From Octopus sinensis (Eukaryota): a stretch of DNA of 64,000 bases. How positions within the stretch are numbered: the first letter of the stretch is position 1; the number at the start of each line of letters is the position of its first letter. Shown here piece after piece: positions 39,289 to 48,385 of the stretch. Where the stretch lies: positions 89,776,001 through 89,840,000 of the forward strand of contig NC_043006.1 of assembly GCF_006345805.1 (NCBI RefSeq), in the 5' to 3' direction. The notes beneath the pieces are model-generated. The model was not told the DNA's origin and did no database searches. It saw only the letters and a program-made list of their open reading frames with translations. The position numbers and the translations under genes are program-made.

Positions 39289-40916
39289 CAGTATCTACAA
39301 TAAGTTAGTACACACAACGATTTTTTAAAATTTTTACTTCTTACAACTATATTTTTTCGTAGGATTTAAATGAAACTCGATGTGAACATAGCCATGTAGT
39401 GGTTTAATAACTTTATAAACTATGAAGGAACAAATACCTTTTCAATGTAGAATAATTAAACAAAAACATTTAGAACAAGTAACAAAAAGTAAGTACACAG
39501 GAGCGCTTTAAACAAATAAACCTATTTTTAATACTTTGTATGGCCTCCATTGTTATCAATAACAGCAGACAACCTCCTAGGCATTGATTCCACTAGTTTA
39601 CGACATGTGTCCGCCGGAATTGCGTTCCATTCACATTTGATGACCTCCTTGAGTTCGTTAATATTTCTCGGATTTTTCCCTGCAATTTTCCGTTTTAGAT
39701 GCTCCCACAGATGCTCTATTGGTTTCAAATCAGGTGACATACTCGGCCATGGTAAGGTCGTAGGCCGCGACGTGTGCTTAGGGTCGTTATCCTGCTGGAA
39801 AACTCCACGTCTGCCAACACTTGTTAAACTTGGTAACATGTTTTCCTCCAATATCTGGCAATAGAGTTTTGAATCCATTTTTCCTTCGATGAAAGCAAGT
39901 CGTCCAACTCCTTTGGCACTCATACACCCCCAAATCATCAAGCTCCCACCTCCATGCTTGACAGTTGGCACGACACACTTATCCTTGTAAGCCTCCCCTT
40001 TTCGTCGCCACACACGCTTAACGCCATCTGAGCCGAATAGATTTATTTTCGTCTTGTCAGACCAAAGGATTTTGTCCCAAAACTGCATATCTTTGTCTTT
40101 ATGATTATTAGCAAATTCACAACGCTTCTTTTTGTGGGAAGTTTTCAGCAGAGGCTTCCTTCGGGGCATGCAGCCTTTAAACCCGTCTTCGTGGAGAATG
40201 TTGCGCACTGTTGAGCACTCACAGTTACGTTTAAACTGTGTGAAATTTCTTCTGCGACGCTAGCAGCACTCCGACGTCTGCTTCCCTCTATAAGTTGTTT
40301 CATGCGCCTCTTAGTTCGATCACAAAACTTATTTGGTCGACCGGGACGGCGGCCATTTGTGACGGTTCCAGCTTTTTTGTACCGTTGAACAACTTTTGCT
40401 ACCGTATTTCGGCTGATATTTACATTGCCACTTATTTCCGTATATGAATGACCACTCTTGAATAAATTAACAATAGTTTCACGAGTTTTTTCATGTAATT
40501 CATTGCCACGAGGAGCCATTTCCAAGAATAATATGAGAAAAACTTTGGTAGCAATAGATCCAAGCAATAGCAGCGTAATGTAAACAAACAGCCAATGAAA
40601 TGCCTTTGGTTATTTATTAGGGTACAATAAAAAGGTGCCAACAGAAAGTTCTGCAATTTATAGCTATTTAAGTAAATATTTATTCATGATTAGTGACTTC
40701 CATAGCTGTGTACTAATTTATTGTACTGTGACTCTATGGATTTTCTCCTATAATTTGTAATAAACAACAAATTTGAACCCTAACGTTTATGCAAATTTAA
40801 ATTTACATATATGGCTAGGTTCACATCGAGTTTCATTTAAATCCTACGAAAAAATAAAGTTCTAAGAAGTAAAAATTTAAAAAATCGTTGTGTGTACTAA
40901 CTTATTGTAGATACTG
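39289..40916 (-). mobile_element. Full-length Tc1 (DD34E) DNA transposon, ~107-bp TIRs, TA TSD, inactivated transposase
   Basis: TIR CAGTATCTACAATAAGTTAGTACACAC... at both ends with TA flanks. Transposase 39528-40519 has a paired-type HTH, GRP, WSDK (E>K), VKHGGGSLMIWGC, QQDNDPKHT and SPDLKPIEHLW; one frameshift near 40205 and a deletion between DPKHT and WPS. Confidence 0.96.
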
Positions 40917-40941
40917 TATATGTATATACTTTATATATACT

Positions 40942-40974
<33 letters not shown>

Positions 40975-41108
40975 ATAAATATATATATATATATTATATA
41001 CACACACATACATACATATATCTGCTTCCTTTTCCTGAGCGCCTATTAATAATAATACTGTAATTGTTCCATTGTTGTTGTTTTTTTGTTTCCCGTTTGG
41101 ATTAAAAT

Positions 41109-41140
<32 letters not shown>

Positions 41141-41615
41141 AAATTTTGTATCTGCACAAACACACACATACTTACACACACACATGGACCCCGCACATAA
41201 ACACACACACACGGTAAAAAAGGCCGTAAACATGTTTTTATGCTTAATAATTTTCATATAAAATTAATTTATATTGCATCTGATTTTAGCTCGATTTTCA
41301 TGTAATGATATGGTTGCTGACTTCTCTTTTATATCGATAATATTTCATTTTTTTTATATCTTTCACTTTGAAGATATTGTGTTTCGACAAATATATTTTC
41401 TGACCTTCTTCAGGCATGCTGGCTTTATGTTTAGCACTTTAGAACAACAAAACGCATAAACTACTGCTGCACATCAGCATAATGTTGTATTGATGCAAAT
41501 TTCAATCTTTTATTTATTCCTTCTTTTTTCTTACTTCCTAAATCAACAAAATGGTAGAGTGATTATAGCAGTCTTAAATGCGTGCCTTTTTACCTGATTA
41601 TGGTTTTATATATAT

Positions 41616-42695
41616 CTCTTTGCTGGTTCATTGTAGATTTAAACAGAAAGCCATATGTGTATATATATATATATATATATAAGAATGAATGTTTTTATAT
41701 ATAATGAACGTGAAATACAGGAAGGGACGAACACGGAACACAGACAAATCATTCGAAGACACCGAATCATCATAGCAAATTTCGGCTGTTCAATTCTGAT
41801 ATTTGCTCCAACTCGGCCAGCCCCAAGAAAAAAAACTAAGCTGTAAGCATTAGATTTCTTGGTAGAAGACAGGAATGTGAACGCACAAAACGGATGTGAA
41901 TACAAGAGACGAAAACGAAATTGAAAACAGTAATGAATAAACAAAATATATATAACGGTGGTTGTCATACGACTTTAGACCAAATGAGACAAAACAACAA
42001 CAACATAGCAGCTGGCGTAGAAATAATTACCGTTTCGGTAGCGGGGACACATGTTGGTCGAGATACGAAGGCCAACAGAATGGTTGAAGAAGCAGCATGT
42101 CGCAGGAGAGAGAGAAAGAGAGACAGAGAGAGAGAGGGAATCAAAGAGGGTGGAAGGCAGGGGACATAATCAGTGACCAAGAGAAAAGGAGAAAGAAGGG
42201 ATTAAGGAGGATGGGAGGAAGAGGGGAGGAGGATGGGAGGAATAGAGGGGAAGAATCGGAGGGCGCCAAAAAGTTTGGTGAAGAAGCAATGGCGGTAGTA
42301 AAAGACAGTGTGTATAGAAGTCGTGCAGGGTTTAAAATTGGACAAACAAACGGGGGGGGGGGTGCACGTAACGCCGCAATAATATAAGAATGAATGTTTT
42401 TATATATAATGAACGTGAAATACAGGAAGGGACGAACACGGAACACAGACAAATCATTCGAAGCCTTCAATCTTCAGTCAGACACCGAATCATCATAGCA
42501 AATTTCGGCTGTTCAATTCTGATATTTGCTCCAACTCGGCCAGCCCCAAGAAAAAAAACTAAGCTGTAAGCATTAGATTTCTTGGTAGAAGACAGGAATG
42601 TGAACGCACAAGACGGATGTGAATACAAGAGACGAAATATATATATATATATACATATGGCTTTCTGTTTAAATCTACAAGGAACCAGCAAAGAG
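41616..42695. mobile_element. Composite element: 43-bp inverted repeats enclosing (TA)n, a 234/252-bp direct repeat pair and a 470-bp core
   Basis: IRs 41616-41658 and 42653-42695 (1 mismatch). DRs 41681-41914 and 42386-42637 differ by an 18-nt indel and a substitution. Confidence 0.85.
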
Positions 42696-42904
42696 AAAAT
42701 GAAAGAAAAATATTGAAAAAATATAAAACAACATGAAGGAAAATAATAGTAAAACAGTGGGGTGGGGACGAGACATTTTCCGCATCAGTAGAAAATGAAA
42801 AAATAATTTAGTTGAAAAAAATAAATATAGTGCCAAAGATATATAGGCATATTTTTAATGTCACCTGATATGACTGCTATATATATATATATATATAAAT
42901 ATAT

Positions 42905-44286
42905 ACATACTCAAAATAAGCAACAAGAATGACTCAGGTAATTTGGTACGATTGTTTCGTACTACATCATTTTATTAAATGTTGTAAGTATTACAACAGA
43001 TTTAAGATGCTGAGTACTCATCAGCCAATTATAGAGGTTTTCCATTAATACAAAAATTTTCAAATCAAGTGGCAACATTATAGAGAAGGTAGATATATAG
43101 ACAAAGATGTGGATTTAAATTTTAAGAACATATGAGGTAGTGGAGTCCCTCCACTGACTGACTAAGATTTGGTTGTTCCAGACTGCTGTAAGGTTGTGAG
43201 AGGGAGAAGTAAGTTGAAGGAAGCAATAAAGATTTTCTAAATGTAGAAATGGGGTAAAGGGGTTTCAGAACTCCATAAAAGGAATTCATGTGGAAGACAG
43301 CAATTGTCACTACTAAATGCCAGTTACCACTATTTGATGAGAGAACTAGGTCAATGTCAAGTGGTCACAATCACATTCACAGAGAGTGCAATTTGGAGAA
43401 AAAAAAAGACTATCACTTATTACGAGTAGGCTTTAATTTTAGAAAAAAGAATTCAATTTCAAGTTTGCAGTGAAGTTTTTTAAGTCATCTATGAATGTTA
43501 AATTGAAAGCCAGTATGGTATATTCCTTCTTATTTGGTTATAAAGAATTAAAATTTGAAAAACATAGGAATACTCACAAAATTATTATTTAAAGTATTTA
43601 AACGTTCGGGTTGTACGCTGTATACAAGATGCTCCCAACTCCAAACGGTTATTCAACAGATTTGTAATACTCTGATGTTTAAAAATTTCATAAGTTTCCA
43701 TAGAACAAAGTTGACAACCATCCCTACTATTTCTATAAGGTTGCGCCCTTCTTACTATATCCCATTTTAGGTTGAATTCTATATTATTTGTTTTTAGTTC
43801 CCAAATTTTGCTAGATATGTTGTGCAACCTGCCTTATGTTTGAGCCTAAAAGAGGAAAAATGATTGTTAAGACGTCTTTTAAGATCCACTGAACAACCGA
43901 AATAAAGAAAGCTATTGCTAGAAGTTAATATCGTGCATTTATAAATTACGTTTTGGACCGAACAACGACCAGATACCGGACATTTTGATCTAATCCTACA
44001 ATTACAACTGGGGGGATAGTGTCCGGTACTGGAATTATTTAAGGACAATTCACTTTTATTACTGTTATTTAAATTATTATTAGTATTAGTATTATTTTCA
44101 TGATTAGTAATTACGTTGTTATGCAAATTAGGGTTACTAGTTATTAATCCATCCTCACCATCATCACCTACTATACTTTTATCTATACTACCTATATTAT
44201 TGGTATTGTTATTATCACTATTTACATCAGTGTTGTTATCATCATCATCATCATCATCATCATTAATATTATTTTTATTATTACCA

Positions 44287-44317
<31 letters not shown>

Positions 44318-44560
44318 TATTATTATTGCTATTTTTACAATTATTATTACTATCATTGTTGTTACTATTCATTCTACTCCTGGCTAACTTAATGTTTTTA
44401 CTATTAAGTCTAGCTATTATGGTAGCCATGTTTGGGAGAGTGGAATATGAAATTCTCACTGATCTCTTAGAAATTATTTTATGATATTTATGGGAGGCTG
44501 GGAAATTTTTTTCCAGTATAGATTTAAATCTACTGTACACATTCGTCGAGATCGCACAAT
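42905..44560 (-). mobile_element. 5'-truncated Penelope-like retroelement (probably Naiad-type): linker + GIY-YIG endonuclease + 3' UTR with ribozyme
   Basis: ISYSTLPNM linker, poly-Asn, CNCRIRSKCPVSGRC, VIY...YFG, KRRLNNH, then after a frameshift near 43800 KIWELK...CQLCSMETYEI...LLNNRLE. Both ends lie in (TA)n. Clade call is inference. Confidence 0.88.
42943..43028 (-). ncRNA. Type I hammerhead ribozyme, family A
   Basis: TTGG-CTGATGA-GTAC[51 nt]GTAC-GAAA-C-AATC-G-TA^CCAA. Stem I TTGG/CCAA; stem II extended by CATC/GATG, TTAAAT/ATTTAA and GTTGTAA/TTACAAC. Predicted cut after GUA, between 42947 and 42946. Confidence 0.85.
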
Positions 44561-44585
44561 ATATATATATATATATACAAATATA

Positions 44586-44632
<47 letters not shown>

Positions 44633-44677
44633 TGATCAAAATAAAAATAAAAATAAAAACATGAGGCGAAGGATTCA

Positions 44678-44755
44678 GCGGTACATATGTTTCGGGCCTT
44701 TATTAGACAGATTCATAACAAATCATAATGTATGTCTGTGGCCTTCTTCAGCCGC
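44678..44755 (-). ncRNA. Type I hammerhead ribozyme, family B (left arm)
   Basis: Exact reverse complement of 44954-45031. Confidence 0.75.
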
Positions 44756-44953
44756 GCACAACAGCTTCCACAAGGACATGTGTTACTTCCGAAATTCTTG
44801 GTTGGGGATGCAAATCTTCTCGTTCCCGTACGACATAATGTGGCAGCAGCATCGAAATGCTGCTGCCGCATTATGTCGTACGGGAACGAGAAGATTTGCA
44901 TCCCCAACCAAGAATTTCGGAAGTAACACATGTCCTTGTGGAAGCTGTTGTGC

Positions 44954-45031
44954 GCGGCTGAAGAAGGCCACAGACATACATTATGATTTGTTATGAATCT
45001 GTCTAATAAAGGCCCGAAACATATGTACCGC
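44954..45031 (+). ncRNA. Type I hammerhead ribozyme, family B (right arm)
   Basis: GCGG-CTGAAGA-AGGCC[41 nt]GGCCC-GAAA-CATATG-TA^CCGC. Stem I GCGG/CCGC; palindromic stem III ACATATGT; non-canonical A.C at the base of stem II. Predicted cut after 45027. Confidence 0.75.
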
Positions 45032-45214
45032 TGAATCCTTCGCCTCATGTTTTTATTTTTATTTTTATTTTTATTTTGATCAATTTACTCCACCACCTAC
45101 ACCACCAAACGGTATACACAGGTGCTTATAATTATCAAGTACTCACCCTGAATTTCTACACTCAACTATATATATATATATATATATAGGGGTATATATA
45201 TATATAAATATAGG

Positions 45215-45244
<30 letters not shown>

Positions 45245-45247
<3 letters not shown>

Positions 45248-46015
45248 TCATCATCATCATTTAACATCCGGGGTCTGGGAAGCCAGGAGGCTGCACCAGG
45301 CTCCAATCTGATCTGGCAGTGTTCCTATGTCTCGATGCCCTTCCTAATGCCAACCACTCTGTGAGTGTAGTGGGTGCTTTTTACATGCCACCGGCACAGG
45401 TGCCAGGGTAGGCTGGCAACGGCTACGATTGGTTGGTTCTTTTTATGTGCCACTGGCATGGTAGCACTGGCATCGGCAATGTTCGGATGGTGCTTTTTAC
45501 GTGCCACCGGCACAGGTATCACAACTACATTTTCCATTTGATCTTTTTTTTTTGATGTTTATGTACTTGACTCAATAGGTCTCCTCAAGCACAGCAGGTC
45601 ACCCTACGATCCAAGGTAAGCACAGCAGGCTGTCCTGTGATCCAAGGTACTTTGGATGGGCTGGGGCTGCTATGTGAAGCTGGTGCAGAAAACAGCCATG
45701 AACTCATGTTATTTGCTGGTGCAGGAAACAGCCATGAACTCATGTTATTTGTCGGGTCTTTTCAGTCACAGCATATCTCCAGAGATCTTGGTCTTCTGTC
45801 ATTGCCTCTGGGAGACCCAACGTTCGAATGTCATGCTTGACCACCTCATCCCATGTCTTCCTGAGTCTACCTCTACCCTGGATTCCTTCAACTGTTTGGG
45901 AGTGGCACTTCTTCACACATACCAGCGCAGATGTCTCTCTTGCACACCACATCCAATGCTTCTTATTTCCAGCATTTCTCTCAGGGTGCACACTGACATT
46001 ACACATCCAGAGGAT
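45245..46015 (-). mobile_element. RTE-type LINE 3' fragment (C-terminus, 3' UTR, tail)
   Basis: CVKKCHSQTVEGIQGRGRLRKTWDEVVKHD...DLWRYAV followed by UTR and (ATG)n; closely similar to 59076-59860. Confidence 0.9.
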
Positions 46016-46050
46016 TATGCTAGTATATATATATATATATATGTATATAT

Positions 46051-46128
<78 letters not shown>

Positions 46129-46131
46129 ATA

Positions 46132-46173
<42 letters not shown>

Positions 46174-46441
46174 TACACTACTTGGTGTAATTGATAATTA
46201 TTCCAAATAATTAATTTCACCCTTCATTATTACGGATAACCATATTTTATCTCAGTAGATGACCACAGCATCTTGTTTTGGCTACACGCGGGTGGGAAGG
46301 GGCTGTTGACACAATCGTTTCATTCACAAATTTGAATTCGGTGATACTAGTTGCGGATTCTAGCTCGCTCTGATACTGAGTTGAGTTGGTGCCTCCTAGT
46401 ATCTCAAAATTCAATATATAATCATTTATGATTATAGTATT

Positions 46442-46546
46442 CTACGCTGAAGAGAAAAGAAGTTTCGGTAAGATAGAATTATGTAATATTTAATATTTAA
46501 TTCTTATGCTTTCCTAAAAACTTGATTTCGAAACGTACGTCCGTAG
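46442..46546 (+). ncRNA. Type I hammerhead ribozyme, family C, copy 1
   Basis: CTACG-CTGAAGA-GAAA..AAGTTT[...]AAACTT..TTTC-GAAA-CGTACG-TC^CGTAG. Stem I CTACG/CGTAG; canonical G10.1-C11.1; GUC cleavage triplet; cut after 46541. Confidence 0.9.
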
Positions 46547-47042
46547 ATAACTTTTAAAATGTTTGATAGATTGCAGTTAATTCATTCTCTCTTACCTGTT
46601 TGTGTCAGCCTTCCAATTGCTGTTTTTACTGAGATCTCCCTTTTTAGTAGAAGAAATAGCTATAACTCTTTGACTGCTATTTCTAAATTCGGTATGTGGT
46701 AAGGCAATTCGTTGCTAAACCCTTATTGCTTAGTATTACTTAAATTTTCCTCGAATGAGGCTTTTACATGCCGAAGACTACTTGGTGTAATTGATAATTA
46801 TTCCAAATTAATTAATTTCACCCTTCATTATTACGGATAACCATATTTTATCTCAGTAGATGACCACAGCATCTTGTTTTGGCTACACGCGGGTGGGAAG
46901 GGGCTGTTGACACAATCGTTTCATTCACAAATTTGAATTCGGTGATACTAGTTGCGGATTCTAGCTCGCTCTGATACTGAGTTGAGTTGGTGCCTCCTAG
47001 TATCTCAAAATTCAATATATAATCATTTATGATTATAGTATT

Positions 47043-47147
47043 CTACGCTGAAGAGAAAAGAAGTTTCGGTAAGATAGAATTATGTAATATTTAATATTTA
47101 ATTCTTATGCTTTCCTAAAAACTTGATTTCGAAACGTACGTCCGTAG
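47043..47147 (+). ncRNA. Type I hammerhead ribozyme, family C, copy 2
   Basis: Identical to copy 1, offset 601 nt; cut after 47142. Confidence 0.9.
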
Positions 47148-47334
47148 ATAACTTTAAAAATGTTTGATAGATTGCAGTTAATTCATTCTCTCTTACCTGT
47201 TTGTGTCAGCCTTCCAATTGCTGTTTTTACTGAGATCTCCCTTTTTAGTAGAAGAAATAGCTATAACCCTTTGACTGCTATTTCTAAATTCGGTATGTGG
47301 TAAGGCAATTCGTTGCTAAACCCTTATTGCTTAG

Positions 47335-47383
47335 TATATATATATATGTATATATATTATATATATTGTATATATATATATAG

Positions 47384-47448
<65 letters not shown>

Positions 47449-47518
47449 GTATATATATTATATATATATAATATATATATTATATGTATATATATATAAT
47501 ATATATATATATATATAG

Positions 47519-47567
<49 letters not shown>

Positions 47568-47645
47568 GTATATATATATGTATATATATATAATATATAT
47601 ATATATATATTATATATATATATATTATATATATATATATATATA

Positions 47646-47681
<36 letters not shown>

Positions 47682-47712
47682 CATATATAATATTTATATA
47701 TATACATATATG
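47335..47712. repeat. Degenerate (TA)n microsatellite
   Basis: Seen directly; a similar tract lies at 46022-46175. Confidence 0.95.
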
Positions 47713-48385
47713 CCCTCAGAGTTGGCACACTCAATGTCGGCATACTGAAAGGTATATCTGGTGAGATTGTTGAGAAGCTTGAACAGAGAAGTGTCGATTT
47801 GGGCTGCCTCCAAGAAGTAAGGTGGACTGGAGGTTCCGCTAAGTTCCTCACAGGCAAAGAACACAAGTACACGATTTTCTGGGCAGGGAACACTGATGGA
47901 GTCGGGAGCGTGGTTATACTTCTTGCGGAGAAATGGGTTGATGAGGTAATCGAGGTAGTCAGAGTATGAGACAGAATACTTAAGATTAGATTAGTGCTTC
48001 ATCATGGGTTAGCAACCGTTATCTCAGCCTGGGCTACCTGATGGACAGAAAGACCAATTTTATGACACCCTTGTTGATGAAGGACAGTGACCTTCTCTTT
48101 GTGGCTGGTAACTTCAATGTTGGACAATATACAGGGGGCTTCCATGGTGTACATGGAGGCTATGGTTTTGGTTCCTGCAATGAGGAGGGAACCAGGCTGC
48201 TGGAGTTCTGTGATGCAAATGATCTTATGGTTTGCAATACTAACTACAGGAAACCCGCCAGTCACCTTGTCACCTAACGATCTGGTATACACACTAGCCA
48301 AGTTGACTACATTCTCGCCAGAAAAAGAGAAAGATGGCTGCTTATAAATGCCAAAACCTTCCCAGGCGAAGAATGTACCCCTCAA
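47711..48385 (+). mobile_element. Decayed RTE-type LINE AP-endonuclease region
   Basis: LRVGTLNVG...[10 protein letters not shown]...GVGSVVILL...AGNFN...N*EGTRLLEFCDANDLMVCNTNY motifs across frameshifts. Confidence 0.88.

Larger units (their letters stand above)
44628..45087. repeat. Near-perfect 460-bp palindrome (fold-back of a PLE/ribozyme 3' end) with 4-nt loop CGAA at 44853-44856
   Basis: Arms are reverse complements except one substitution near the centre and one extra TTTTTA unit. The mirrored ORFs in the ORF track confirm this. Confidence 0.97.
46177..47337 (+). mobile_element. Tandem ~1.9-mer of a 600/601-nt non-coding unit, each unit carrying a hammerhead ribozyme (retrozyme-like / PLE pLTR-like), inserted in (TA)n
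   Basis: Copy 1 starts at 46177 and copy 2 at 46777. I see only three differences (a 1-nt indel and two substitutions). No ORF of 60 aa or more in the track. Confidence 0.93.

Noticed and set aside
41370-41420. Minus-strand CTGAAGA-AGG...TC-GAAA hammerhead-like core
   Set aside because: Stem II pairs poorly and no stem I or stem III partner follows. At best a decayed relic.
42440-42490. Minus-strand CTGAAGA...GAAT in the direct repeat
   Set aside because: GAAT instead of GAAA and no stem I complement, so not called a ribozyme.
44661-45048. Identical-looking 111-aa and 64-aa ORFs on both strands
   Set aside because: Artefact of the DNA palindrome; no recognisable domain. The sequence is better explained as ribozyme RNA.
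46286-46303. G-rich gcgggtgggaagggg as a G-quadruplex
   Set aside because: Only three G-runs; insufficient for an intramolecular G4.
46177-47337. CRISPR-like or satellite interpretation of the repeats
   Set aside because: No short repeat-spacer periodicity, eukaryotic context, and only about two long units.
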